DNA of 64,000 bases. Source: Folioceros fuciformis. Taxonomy: Eukaryota. Below, in pieces: positions 11,774-25,197 of the stretch; within the stretch, counting starts at the first letter, position 1, and the number at the start of each line of letters is the position of its first letter. The notes under the pieces are model-generated. The model ran no database searches. It was not told the origin of the DNA and saw nothing but the letters and a program-made list of their open reading frames with translations. A program made the translations under genes and the position numbers. The stretch spans positions 295,243-359,242 of the forward strand of contig JBNGIO010006099.1 of NCBI GenBank assembly GCA_049999805.1, written 5' to 3'.

Positions 11774-12020
11774 TGGCTTAAAGTGGAAGCGTCTTTTGTC
11801 CATCCATGTAATCACAAAAATGGTATATGTACACACATTCATGATTCCAGCAAGCAATAATGTTACCTTCTTCGCGAAAAAAATAATGAAAACTACCTGG
11901 TTCGATATTTCAATGCTAAATCTATGGCTTGAAGTGGAAGCATCTTTTTGTCCATCCGTGTAATCACAAAATGGTCTATGTACATACATTCATGATTCTT
12001 GCAAGCAATAATGAAGACTA
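11774..12020 (+). repeat. Two ~96-bp direct repeats between the convergent MULE genes (11774-11895 with an insert, 11925-12020)
   Basis: TGGCTTRAAGTGGAAGC...CATTCATGATTC..GCAAGCAATAATGAARACTA is present twice. Confidence 0.9.
11863..11881 (+). mobile_element. 19-bp 3'-tail-only insertion of the same LINE family
   Basis: TTACCTTCTTCGCGAAAAA is flanked by a 7-bp TSD AATAATG (11856-11862 and 11882-11888). It is absent from the second repeat copy (12007-12013). Confidence 0.75.
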
Positions 12021-14208
12021 TTTAGTACGATAAAATGCCAAATCTAACAGAAACTATGCTTCAGGTATGTTTATTCCAGCTGCTACACGCTCCATGAATG
12101 ATTGCTCCTTCTTCTGCTTAGAAAGCTTCCAACTACTTTTCGTTTCCCAAGATGCAAGCTTTCGTTTTAAGCTGTTATCAGAATTGGTAGGATCAACCAA
12201 GGTAGGAAGTGTAGGCAACATGGTCTTTGCTTTTGCCTCTGCTCTCAATCCCTCTAGCTGCCTAATCAATTGTTGGAATAAAGCCGTTGCATGTTGTTGC
12301 AAAAAAGGCCACTTTTGTAGCATGGTTGTTAACTGTTGGCACAAAGTTTCCATGTTTGGAGTCGCATCTACTAATTGGCCTATTGCTTGTGTGCATGAAT
12401 GGTCCACTGTGTGCAAGAAGGTAGTTGCACCTTGTCTTGCAGCTACAACCCCTTTGTTATGATAGAGAAACTTCTTCCAAAAGTCTGTGCTTGCATCTTC
12501 AGTAATCGACATGCCAAGTTATTGACAGTGTGTTTGAGCTTGGGCAACCTTGGAGTACTTGGCAAGTAACTTGTGAGTAGGGACTACATTGTCCATTGCC
12601 ATCATGACCTTCAATTGGTGCTTGCACATGAAGCCTCTTGTCCCATGCTTGCATCTGCAATAACCCCATGGTGTTCCCGCACCGCTCACTATATACATGC
12701 ACACACTTCCATGATCTTGACTTTGCACATAAGCAAGGCTAGGAGATACTATGTTTGGCAACAATACATCATTGTCTGCAATGCACAAAGCCTTTTGAAA
12801 GGTGCTCTTTACTATTTGCTCATGCTTTGACTTCCTAAGCATGCCAGCTCCTTTACATTGTGCCACATACCAAAAATGTCTGTTCACTTCCTCAAACAAA
12901 ATGTGCAAAAGCTAGTATAAATGCCGACGATGTAGGGTTTTTTTGGATAACAAGCATCTGTACTTCATATGCTTGTGGTATGCCTCAATAGATGAGTTGC
13001 AATCTTGTCCTTGTCCTGCATGTGGCATTATACGCATAGCTTTAATCCACTGATACATGTTACAACCCCACTGGTCCCTAAAGTACTTAACAAAGCTAGG
13101 AGCATGCTCAAAAAAGGTGTCATAGAAGTGTACCAATTTTTCTTTGCAGGCTTGCTTCACATCAACACTCTCATCAACGTCCATATGCATAATGTCACCC
13201 AAGCACTTCATAATGGCTTGTCTTATGTGGGGTTCTTTACCTTTTTCAACAGTTGCCGTAACCAGGCTCTCCTAACATGCCACAAGCATAAAAGGATTTG
13301 CACAAATGTTCCAAACATAGCATGGATGACATTGATTTCTGCCATACAATCATCTACAAGAAAAGCAATGGGTTGCCATGTAGCTTGATGTTGTACCATC
13401 TTGTCATGCAAGCAATGCAACCACTATGAAATAGTATATGATGTGGCCTTACTTGTGACAACCCAAGCCACAGGAATGCCATTGAAATGGTCATCAAATA
13501 CCAAAACTGTGAAGAGCTGGAACTTCCATTTGTTTGTGCCAAATGTGGCATCCATAGCAATGATCAAGTTGTGACCCCAATAGAGCATTGTCTGCATTTG
13601 AAAATCACTCTAAATGTCGAGCATGAAGTCTTGGCATGGTCTTCTGTTCTTGGTACTGAATAAAATACTTTAGATCTATGGATATCCATCCATAACTTAA
13701 CACTCACCTCATCTCGTGCATGGAAACGCCACACCCTGGCATTAAGTTCAGCTTGTAAATTCCTAATGTCACTAGGAAGGAGAAAATTATCCCTCTAAAG
13801 CACTACTTGTGGATCACCTTGCTTTCGTAAGAAAACATCAGACTTATGATCTTTCATAATCTGAAAGGTTGATGTCTTGCACAACAACTTGTACTTCACC
13901 CATTCTTTTTTGGCCATAGATAAGTAAGGAGCCAGAGTGCATTTTGGACTTGAGTTGATGGTAAGTGCTCCATGACAATACTGCCTTGTGGAATCGATGT
14001 GTGTTTCATGTAATCGTAATTCAGCTACATCATGGAATATTTCAAGTTGACTAACAAACACCAAAAATTGGCATCCACGCTTCTTACTCTCCCCACACAA
14101 CACCTTAGAGCGCCTACTGCCAACACCTGTTTTTGGTTTGTTAGTGAGATGAACACAAATGTCTAATTCCATGAAATTGTATTTTCGGGAACCAAAAGCA
14201 CAACTCAA

Positions 14209-17200
14209 CAAGCCTGAAAAAGTTGGGGCGATGGAGGGGGCTCCCGGAAGGGGCTAGCTCGGTGACCCAATGGAGGCAATGAGCCCCCCACGGGGGAGCT
14301 CGGCAAGTGGCACATGGGCGGCAGTGGTCGGTTCGTATGCTAGTAAACAGCAGGTGCGGGGGAAAAGTGCAGTGTTGATGGAATCTAATCTTCGTGATGC
14401 TACCGGACAAAGGACGCGATAGAGGAAGACTCGCAGGTACGGATACCTGAGGTGGACTTTGCCCAGGGACAAGTTCGGGCGGGCACCACTCAAGAGTATG
14501 CCTCGGGAACAGCAAAAGAAGGCTCAGGTTTGCAGCTTCGCCCCCTGGTGGACATTCTCACAAAAGCGAGATTTTTCCAAAAAGAGGAGGACAATCTTGC
14601 TGCTAGTTTAGTCGTGGGAAGGCTGCTATCTGGAGGTCCTTCTACAGTGGGGGAATTGGAAGACTGGGTGGTACATGTAACGGGCTATCCACCAACATAT
14701 GTCTTCTTGAAGGCAAATGGTTCTTTTCAGATTAAGTGCGACGAGGCAGCTGGAGCCCAGTCCCTCCTGCAAACAACAGAGGCATTTCAAGGATCTATCC
14801 CGGTGCTGGTGGAAGCTTGGTCTCCGGGGAATATGATCATGCAATCTACAATCAAGCGACATTTCTTATGGGTGGGTCTCTCGGCCTTGCCTGTTCAACT
14901 CGTCCCAATGATCCGCCAGATGTTGGGGGTTATCGGCAGGGTGGTGGAAGTGCCTAAGGTGGACTCTCACTTCTTCAATAGCAGGAAGCCGCCACGCTTT
15001 TGGGTAGGACTGGATAGCCTTCTCGCTGTGCCGGAAGGTGTTGTTGTACGAGATCCGAAGGATCCTGCCAAATGCTTCACGTAGATTTTCGATTATCCCG
15101 ATTTGCCTATCAGGTGCAGAGTGTGTGGTGTGCATAACCATCTGAAGCAGAATTGTCCGATTCAGGCTGGAAAGGGAGGTGGGAGTGACAAAGCTGAGAC
15201 AGTGCCCTTAGGCCCACTGCCGGGTTTTAAAGGTGTTCCTAAGAAGTTTTGGAGGACTAACCCTGGAGCGCAGAAATGGGCAAGCAAAGTGCAACAAGAT
15301 TTCTTCTCGGGGAGCGATGGTGCTGGCAGCACGCAAATTAAATTGTGCATGCTCTTGAGGAAGAGGGTGGACAAAACTTACTTCTATTGGATGCCGAAGG
15401 TGGGGGAGCTTAGGGCCGTGCCTACACACTCTTTCTAGATAGGGTCAGTGGCTGGGGAGCAGTTTTCTGCGCTCTGGAATTCAATTAAGCTTAAGGTAAA
15501 GGACATGCTTCAAGCAGGTCTGGGATTTGAGGAACAAGTTGCGAGAAGGTCTCTTATAGAAGCAAGGCATAGTATGGTGTGTCACAGGCTGGAGGATAGC
15601 TCCTCGATCTTATATGTCAACACACTGATTGAGTTGAGTGAGGAGTATCGTCTTCGAGACGTTAACGTGTCGCAATGGTTGGGGGACCCTCAAGTTCTGA
15701 CTCGTATTAAGGATCAAAAGTTTGGCAAAGGTAGAGTTACTCTCGCATCCAGGGTGGTATTCAAGGCTCTATCTTGGCTTTTTGGGTCTTCTCAAGGCTC
15801 CGATCTCGATCAAACTCCCAGGCACCTGGACCCTGGTAACGTGGAGCCCAATCAAAGGGTAAGTCTCTCCCCAGCAAGAGGACTCATTGTTCCGTTAAAG
15901 AAGATCAGGAGTACAAGTGGTGAGCCTGCCGAAAGGAGGGACGATAAGGTGGCAACCCATCAAATGTTGAGCTAGTCTCGCACACCTGAGAAGCAGAGAC
16001 CGGAGTGGCACTCAAGACTGGACACACACGGGGGAGCGCTGAGGGAGTATCAAAACCCCAAGACTGGGGAACACACAAGGCGTAGAGCTAGGCTGGAGTT
16101 TGATGAGCTGGTGACACGCCAGGAGGGTGTTGAAGACGGCGTGAGCGTCCCAGAGTGTGTGCAGGTGCTTGGAGTAGAGATTAGTCTAGAACGTTTTGAA
16201 AGACCAGAGGCAAAAGTTGCTCATGTGGCTCAGCAAGCTAAAGAGATTCGCTTAGGGGACGAGCTGCATGAAAGGGATAGGGTGGCTCGGGGTATCACAG
16301 GAGGCATGGCGTAATGCAGTGGAGTCGAATCAGGTTGGAGCAGGGCCTTCGAAGCCGCTGGAAGAGTGCCCTGTTGGTGGGGAAAGGATGGGTAGGCGGG
16401 AGATCCTTCAACTCTGGCAGCAATAGCAGGCCTCTCAGGAAGGTCCAGGGGGTAACGTGGTTCCGCTGGCCCAGCAAGGAGGGGGTGGTTTTTCCTCTGG
16501 GTNNNNNNNNNNNNNNNNNNNNNNNNNNNNNNNNNNNNNNNNNNNNNNNNNNNNNNNNNNNNNNNNNNNNNNNNNNNNNNNNNNNNNNNNNNNNNNNNNN
16601 NNTAAGAGACAGGGCGTTACCGGAGGGGGGAGGTTGCGTAAAGAATTCGGCTCAAGGGTGTTCCACCGCCCAATCCCTGGGAGCTAGGCAGTTCGGCTCT
16701 CGGGGGTCGGGGCCGGAAAGTCTCTCTGCTGCTTCAGCTATGGAGAAGGCTGGAACCGTTCCTCGAGAGAAGCAGGAGCGGGACTCCAACTGTTGGGAGG
16801 GTGTGGCTAGGCAGGAGGATTCCAATGTCACGAGCATACAACGGGGCTATCCGGTGGGTGCTGAGGAAACCAAGGAGAGCGGTGGGGGCATGGCGGCTAG
16901 TCGACCAAATGGGGGAGCCAGTGTTGTTGAACATCCTATGCAGCTCCTACAAATGCTCATGAGGCAGTGGGTAGAGGGTGAACACTTTCCTTTGGTTCTT
17001 AACAGCGCCGGTACGGGTATGCGCGGTGCCTCCCAACAAGGTCATGAAGCAGGGGCGGATCTTTCTTGGGAGAGCTGGAGGGTGGAATCAGTCATGGCTC
17101 TGGAGGCGGGGCAGGAACAAGGTGGTGTTAGTAGGAAGGACTGTGGACAACACAGTGGAAAAGATCACGGGGCTTATGGACTTTGCTCTCAAGCCAGATC

Positions 17201-20200
17201 TAGAGCACAGATAGTCATGAGAAGCATTGCAGGGTGCGATCAATTAGGCCGGGGGAAAACAGGAGACCTGCTAATCTCCAGCGCCAAAGTTGATCAAGCT
17301 GGGTTTTTACAGGGAGAGATGGAGGTGCTGGCTGGCAATCTCAATGACTTGCTCCAGGCGGTAGCTGCTGATACAACTCGTGGGGACTATACGGCGGGAA
17401 GACAAGGGGAGGACTCAGCCTGTGAGCAACGGCTGAGCTTTGAGGAGAAGAACGTTTTGACAGGAGGTGAACGGGAGGCAACAAGGCAAATAAAAAGGCC
17501 CCTGGCACTCAGAGTCGAGAAGGAGGAAGGTTTTTTCACGGGTGGCGATCCTGAAGTTGTAGTCAATTGTGGAGCCCCGTCGGGAATACCATCTCAGGCT
17601 TCTCCCTTACAGGGCTTGGAGACTTTGTCTCATTCGAACCTGTGTTGGGGTTCAGAGCATGGCAATTCGCATTCGGTGGTGGGCGACGTGTTGGGGAAGA
17701 ACTCTGAGATGGGAGATCAGCCGATAACCAGGGACAGATCTTCCCAGGCGGGGAATTCTCAGGGAGGGGAGGTTCTTTTGACCGGAATCCCCCCAGCCAA
17801 GCTCAGCACTGAGAATTTTGTTACAGTCCTCGGGGTTGTCAGCGTGGGATATCAGGTGGAGGAACGGCATCGCGAACGAAATGCCAGTGGGCCTGAAACC
17901 TCTAGGGGACTGGGGGTTAGTGATGAGCTTCCGGTCCAGCAAGGGGAGAAGGATCTTGGGTCGGATGAAGCACCAGCAAGGGGAAGGGCCAGCCACAGTT
18001 GGTCATAAGTTGATGAGGCGTTGCTGGTCACAGTTGGACAGGTCACTGAGGACCAGACAAAGCAGATCCTGGCAGCGCTCAAGATTCAGCAGGATGAAGA
18101 ACCACGCGATTCTTCTCTGCTGAATAACACGATCGCTTGGTTGGCAGCTGGCCCACAATCAAAGCTTGGAGTTGCTAAAGATCTCCCAGAGGTTTGCTTG
18201 CAAGGCGCTCCCTCCCCATCCTTGGAGGCGGGGCTGGAGTGGGATGGTGTCTGCCCTGGCGCTTGTGGTGTATTTGGTGAGGGTGACCTAGTTGCCTCTG
18301 GGTTGGATACTTCAGATGGGGAGGAAGAGGTCCTGCCTATCGAGTCTGTCACAAGCAAGCGTCGGTATGGACAGGGACTCTAGGGTGAGCAGCTTGTCCC
18401 CAGCGCCAGCGGGGCCCAAGTCGGGGTGGTTCAGGGTGATGTGACGGATTTGATAGGCAGAACCACCGCCAAACATCTGGTGTTTGAGGAGTTGGATGCT
18501 GATGCGAAACAAGTGCGTGACACAAGTGGGCTGGACGCTGAAGGGGTACTTAAAACTTTTGCATCCAGGACTGAGGGTGAGTATGGGGTGCTCTCAAGCG
18601 ATGCCCCGGTAGTTGGCACCATCACTGGAACGCTCCCAAAGATGAGCTTGCACGGAGTTTCCTTTCGTTCCCAGGCTGCTTCTAACACAATTCTAGGAGA
18701 TGCCTTGGTGGTGGACCAGGTGGAGGATGAGGTTTGTGGACAGGGATCAGCTTTTGAAGTGCAGGACAAGTTACGAGAAGGTGAACGGGAAATAGAAAGG
18801 GTAAAATGTCCCACAGCCGCCAGGATCGGGGAGGAATCTGAGGAATCTTCAGAGGAGGGACGCCAGCCAAGCCTCAAGGGCCAAGAGCTGCAGGTAGGCC
18901 TTGGAGACGCCCATAAGAGCGCGTTATGTGGGTCCCCTGCCTCTAGGATCGCGGAGGAAGAAAGGGCATTCGCAGGGATGAACGCAATTTCCGACACCAA
19001 GATTGGCGCAACAATGGCTGCGCCTTCTCAGGGGTTAGGGGTGCAAGGCGAGGAGTCGTGGTTGCCGTCGGGCTCGAGTCAGGAGCTAGAGCCCAGGACT
19101 CTTGTAGAAGCAGTCGGTGAGGGCGTGCAGAAGTTTTCTGCCTCTCAAATCCATGGGCAAAAACATCCAGGTTCTTCGGTGTTGGAATCATCACTAGGCA
19201 GTAGGTTGGGGCGCCCCGCCCAAACACTGGAGCAAAGGTGGGACCTTGGTTCTGCAGGTGATCTGGATTCAGTCGGGCAATCGGCTCTGGCTTCCCCAAC
19301 TGAGCTAAATGCGCCAATGTCTGGGTGGATACCAGCCAAACAGAAAAACGCAGAGGCATTTGTGGGGAAGAGGTCCAGGTTCTCGGATGATCCGATATCA
19401 GGGTGTAAGAGGCAGGACCAGATTGCCTTGGCTAAAGCAAGGAAAGCCCTAAACAGGGTGGTTCAGCGGATGGCCATGGAGAAAACGTTCCCGGAAGGAA
19501 AAAAAGGTCAAAGTAGTGGAAGGGATGAGGGGTGGATACCGGATGCAAGGGAAGGGCTCAAATGATGAGAAGTTGGATCCCTTGATAGGGGGAGAGAACT
19601 GTAGCACTGAAGAGCGACTGAAGGCCAGGGAGGAAGAAAACGGCTTAGTCGGTTTGACAAAGGCGTTGTCTAAGGGCGGAAGCCCCATCATGCGCGAGAA
19701 CGCAGTCTATATTTCTGAGGACGACTTGTTCTCAACCTCAACCCCATGTACAGGCGAGGAGGAGGAGGGGGAGCCTGTCTAGCATGAGGTTCAAGGAGGA
19801 GGGGGAGCCTGTCTAGCATGAGGTTCAAGCGGTTTTTTCAGGAGATGAAGGATGTATCTCTCCATTGCGTTCCTGGGAGAAGAGTCGGGATCAGGTTAAG
19901 ATGGCGAAACAATGGGTTTTCGCATCCGGGCAGGAGAATCCTAGAACGATTCGTTGACAGGGAAGTCGGATGCCGGAAAAAACAGCCAAGCGCAAAGGTC
20001 AACACTTCTCAGTGCACCTTACGGTTACGAGGAAGATGCACCTTACGGTTACGAGGAAGATGCAGGACACTTAATCGTACTTGGTTAAGTTAGGAGACGA
20101 GGGGGAGTTGCTTCCTATCCTTATTCCAGTGCTGCAACTTTACTTGGGGCAGGAAAAGATTTTTTGGAGCATTGTCTTCCGGAGGGGTGCTTACGAGTAA

Positions 20201-23200
20201 AGAAGGCAAGGAGGTGAAGTTCTTCAGTGGGGTTTATCAGACGGGTGAGCGATATTGTGCTGATATCCACCTCATATAGGCATGTGGTCCAACTATGCTG
20301 CTTTCTCCCGACTGGAGGTGGACCCTGGACGTGCCATGGGAGAAGGATTTGGATGTGGTAGTTGGAGATCCTGATAGGCTCACAAGAGATGGGGGTAGAA
20401 GGAGTGCACCTGTCGTACAAAAATCTGAAAGACTTCAAAGAATGTCCCTCGACCTTAAAGCTAACAATCAGCTGTCTCGGTCTAGGCTCATGTCTGGGGT
20501 TAGGGTGCCCAAACTTGCTGCGGTCCGGAAATTCTCAAGGAAGACCTGTAAAATGGGTATCGACACCCTAAAAAACTATGAAAGGGGTTTCACCTGCCAA
20601 TCATTTCATGGAATGAAAGGGGGTCTCACCTGCCAATCATTTCATGGAATGTGAGAGGCTTAGGGGGTTGGTCAAAGATGGCCTCGAAGTGTAGGAGATT
20701 GAAGCACTTGTTAGAAGAGGAGGTTACTTGGAATACTGTTTGCCTATAGGAGCATAAACTTTCTACAGACAATATCCAAAGAGTGAAGAAGCTATTCCTT
20801 CCAGGAGAACAGAATAGGTGGCAGCCAGAGTAAAAGATGTAAACAATAGGGAGAGCTCAACTTAGGGAGTATCAGCAACCCAAGGGGGCGTGTCTATAAC
20901 TGTTCATCCAGAACACACCCACAATATCTTGAAGATGGGTCAAGATGAAGGGGGTAGGTTTGTGTGGCTAGTGTTGCAAACACCTCAAGGCCCACTCGGC
21001 ATATGTAATATCTATGCCCCCAATGCTCCCTCTGATAGGAGCAACCTTTGGTGTAGACTGGGGGAACATCTGGATGAACAGATGCCGTGGATGCTGGCTG
21101 GGGATTTCAACTTTGTTGAAAGATGGGAAGATATTCGAGGGGAGAGCCCTGTAGATATTTGGTCGGTGCCTATGTCTTGGCAGGAACTAAGAGATACCGT
21201 TTTGGCTATCCAGGACCCTAAGCTGGCCCTCCTAGCGCATTGTCCACCGCAATCCTTGAAGTTCAGCTGGACTAACCAACAACAACAGAATTTGGGAGTG
21301 CGCAGGTTGGACAGGTTTTATATTCCCTCTGGGTGGTTGGTCTGTGTGTAGGAGTACAATATTCTTGCTGGTACGATCCTGTCTAACCATCACCCAATTA
21401 GCTTGCACCTGAGGCTTGCGCCGGACTCGGGGCGGCAAAGGAGGCATACACAAAACTTTCGGATGAATACGTCCTTGCTCAAGGAAAAGGGAGTGTTTGA
21501 GGAGATCAAAAACATGTGGCAAGGAATAGAGCAGGGGGCATAACCTGCTGTTTCCAGATTGATATGCGCTAACAGTGAAGCGACCAGGGACTTGAGGAGG
21601 CGGGGGGTCCAACGAGCGAAGGAACTATGCCAACAAGAGTGCTTTTGGAGAGAGGAACTAAGCTGGTTGCAAAGGATAGGGGAGGAGCACGACTTCACAA
21701 TGGAAGAAGAAGCCCGACAAACGGAGGTGCAATGCACTCTAGCCAATTTGGAAGAAGACAGAGCCAGAGGCTGGTTTAAACGGGCTAACGTCAAGTGGGT
21801 GAGGGAAGGGGACGGCTCGTCCAAGTTCTTCTTCGATAAGGTGGCTACTAATCGACACAGGGCGAGACTTCCTGCTCTCCCAGATGCCCAAGGAGTGATG
21901 CAAGAGTCGGTGGAAGGTTTAAAAAAGCTCATTACCTTCTTCTTTGTGGGAATTTTCTCGAGTGTGGGGAAGGTGGCGGGGTGGGAACAACTGTGGTCTT
22001 CTTCCTACGGATCACTTTCGGCTAAGGTGTCCGAGGCTCAACGCAGGGCGTTGGATATGCCGATTTCTGTGGATGAAGTACTCCAGGCGCTGAAGGGGAT
22101 GCCGAGGAATAAATCCCCGGGGCATGATGGGATCCCGCCGGAGTTTTTGCTGTGGGGCTGGGAGTTTATGGAGCCTTTATTCATGAAGGCGGTGGCCATG
22201 ATCTGGGAAGAGGGTAGCATGGGGAGTTGGTTTAACATGGGGGTCATCACCTTGCTCCCTAAGCAGGACGCCAGTCTTTCAATCTCCAATTGGCGCCCAA
22301 TCACATTGCTTACAACTACGTACAAGGTGATAGCCAAGGTATTGGCCAACTGCATCAAGCCTTTCATGGACGAGTGGATCGAGAAAGAGCAGAGGGGGTT
22401 CATACAAAATCGATGCATTCTGGACAACCTTCTACTCTTGCGGGAAGCTAAGTATAATATCCAAGTTCAGAAGAAAGCAGCAGTCTTCATCTCCTTGGAT
22501 TTTTATAAGGCTTATGATTCCATCGAGTGGCACTTCTTATGGAGGTGCTTGCGCAGCTTTGGGTTCCGGAATATCTTCTGTAGGTGGATTGCCATTTTGT
22601 GTGAAGATGTAGGAGCCAAGGTGGCAATCAACGGAGCGTTTTGGCATTCATAGGTCGGTATGTCAGGGGTGCCCCCTAGCTCCTTTTTTATTTATTATTG
22701 TGACTGACTTCTTCCTCCGGGCAGTGAAGCAAGATCAGGCTATCGAGGGTGTTCGCAATCCGGATGGATCGAAGCTAAGGGTTTCGGCTTCTACAGACGA
22801 TACCCTTCTTTTTTCCTCGGTAGAGGAGACTTCCTTGAATGCTTTGCTCTAGCAGGTTGAAGTTTTTGGGGAGCTGTTGGGGTGCAAGGTTGATTGGGGT
22901 AAGACCCGCATGATGTGCCTAAACATGGAAGGGAAGTTGCCTTGATGTATCCAACACATTCCGAGGGTGTCGCAGGGGGCCACACACAAGTATCTGGGAC
23001 TTCCCTTCCATGAGGGGGACGAGAATGGTGAGATAGGGAAGTATGTATGCCTCATATTCATTCGTAAAGCGGCGAGCTTGCAGATGTTGGGACTTAACCT
23101 TGCAGGAAGGTTGGTGGTGATTAACCATATCCTAACAGCCTCTCTATGGTATTATTTGTTCTTGTGGGACCCCTCGAAGGCAGAGGTGAAACGATTGCAA

Positions 23201-25197
23201 TAGTGGAACCTCATTCCTGTGGAACCGTGCGGGGGATTACTCGGCCGGGCGCTCCAAGGTGGCTTGGCAACACATTATTTAGGCACGATGTCTAGGGGGC
23301 CTAGGGGTGGTGGACCCGGTTGCCAAGAGGAAAGTCTTGCATGCTCCATGGGTTGTCAGGGCGGCAGATCGTGCCTACTACCCTTGGAAGAGTCTGCTAA
23401 AGCAACACCTAGAGCGCACTCAAGCTGTCCCTAGGGGAAGGAGGTCTATTGACAACATCCTTGCCGACAAGCCATTGCTGGATACTGCAGAGTGCTCCGC
23501 ACTCTTCAAGTCAATCTGGAGCAGCTACTTAGAGGTCAAGCAATACATTATTCCTATTAACCCCTTGCATGTTGATGATGTTCTAGGTGTGCCTTTGCAA
23601 GGATTCTCGAGGCTGTGGGCTCTTGAGTTTAGGGCAAGGGTATATCGATCTCAAATCTTCGGGTTGGCTTGTCGGAAAGGAGTTATCCAACTTGGTCACT
23701 TATGGAATAGATCAAAGGCTAGTTGGAAAGAGGTGGCGGAGGTCAAGGAAGAATTTGGCTTAGGGGCTAGACATGTTAGGCTCATTTTTTCATGGCTGCA
23801 AGAGGGACTAGACGATAAGGTTCAACAGGTTTTAAGGCAACAACCTACCCTGGACCCTAAGGGGTGGTATACATACTCCATGGGTAGTAAGGCCGTCGAT
23901 TCTGAGGAGGATGATCAGGAAGAAGACCTAGAATTGGATAGGGCTGTCTGGCTTTCAGATATGGCTGACAAAGAGGACTTGCGGACATTCAAGGTCATGT
24001 CGCCGGAGGGGCTTTTGGAAAGTCAGGGCAGGAACGATGGGAAGGTCTGAAGAGGGGAACTCCGAGCCATCACGGTCCTCTCTAAGTCTGGTCGTGCAGG
24101 GAGTGGTTCACTCAACTTGAAGGCCCTCGTGGATAACCAACCTCGGACAAACCAGCTGTCCGATGTTGGTTCCGGCTTGCGGAGAATTGAAAGTTGGCAT
24201 TAAGGCCAGATCTCTACAAATGGCCCAGGCGTCCAGAGTGCAAGGTGGACGGCCTTCGGTCGTTCTTCAACTTCCCAACAACGGGCGTATTCCTCTTGCT
24301 GGTGCGAGCGCAGAAAATAAGACAATAGCAACCAATGGCTCCCCGATTATAGCTGTTTGTGCGGCGACAAAGGGAAGCTATCAAGCTACTTTGGAAGTCA
24401 GATGGAATTCCTCCCAAGGTTAGGACAACGGTTTGGTGCTTTTTCCAAGTTTGTTTGCCTAATGCGGATAGATGGGATGGGTTGTTGGTTGCAACGGGAG
24501 AAGATCAATGTCGACTGTGCACCTATGGTGCACCAAACAAAAGTCAGCACTTGTTCTTCCACTGCAGCCTTGCCCAAGAGATATGGAGTGAGGTGGGCAG
24601 GTGGTTGCAAAGAATTCTTCCCAGCACCAACCTTAGGATCATTGAACAAACTGCCCTATTTGGGTTGGATGCAACCTCAGGCAAAGCTCTACTTCAGTCG
24701 CAATGGTGGGGGTTACTGTGGTCTTCTTGTCTTTTCCATCTTTGGGTCAATTGGTCCTCCGTGGTCTATAGAGGAACGGTGCCGGCTTCATCCAGGGCTC
24801 TTCTTTGGCAATTTGGGAGCACTTATTGATTGCAGCAGAAAGTCTGAGGCAGTCCCATCGGAAATGATTCAAGCGGAGAGAGTGGAAGTCGGCAGGCTTC
24901 CTATTTCCTGGGTATGAAGAACACTGGAATCACGCCTGCCCTTGGGGAAGGTGAGCTCCCATGGTCTTCAGGTGAATGTGAGGTTTAAATCTAAATGGAC
25001 CTAGTAGGTGAATGGTCTGAGCAGGCTGATAGTGTTAGGGTGATGAGGAGCGTTTTCTACGTCCTGTACTGAGGTCTGGACATGAGGTCGGTTTTTCCTC
25101 CTGATCATGGTACTCATGCTTTGTAAATACGTGAGTAGGGTCCCCTTAGTATTGTAAGAGGATGATAATATTAATTAGAATTATTTTCTTCGCGAAA
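14209..25197 (+). mobile_element. Near full-length L1-clade LINE (~11 kb), degenerate
   Basis: Perfect 15-bp TSD AAAAGCACAACTCAA (14194-14208 and 25198-25212). ORF1 has a DUF4283-like region and knuckle CRVCGVHNHLKQNC (~15115). Endonuclease ~20630-21420, RT ~22080-23020 (KSPGHDG, NWRPITLL, LDFYKAYD), zf-RVT ~24360-24600. The 3' end is TTATTTTCTTCGCGAAA. Confidence 0.95.
16503..16602. other. Assembly gap (100 N)
   Basis: Run of 100 Ns; the true size is unknown. Confidence 1.

Noticed and set aside
19762-20064. CRISPR-like repeats
   Set aside because: These are two-copy adjacent duplications without spacers, in a eukaryotic LINE.
5557-25197. The two LINEs as one giant TIR or recent inverted duplication
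   Set aside because: Each has its own distinct TSD and target gene, and they are clearly diverged, so they are independent insertions.
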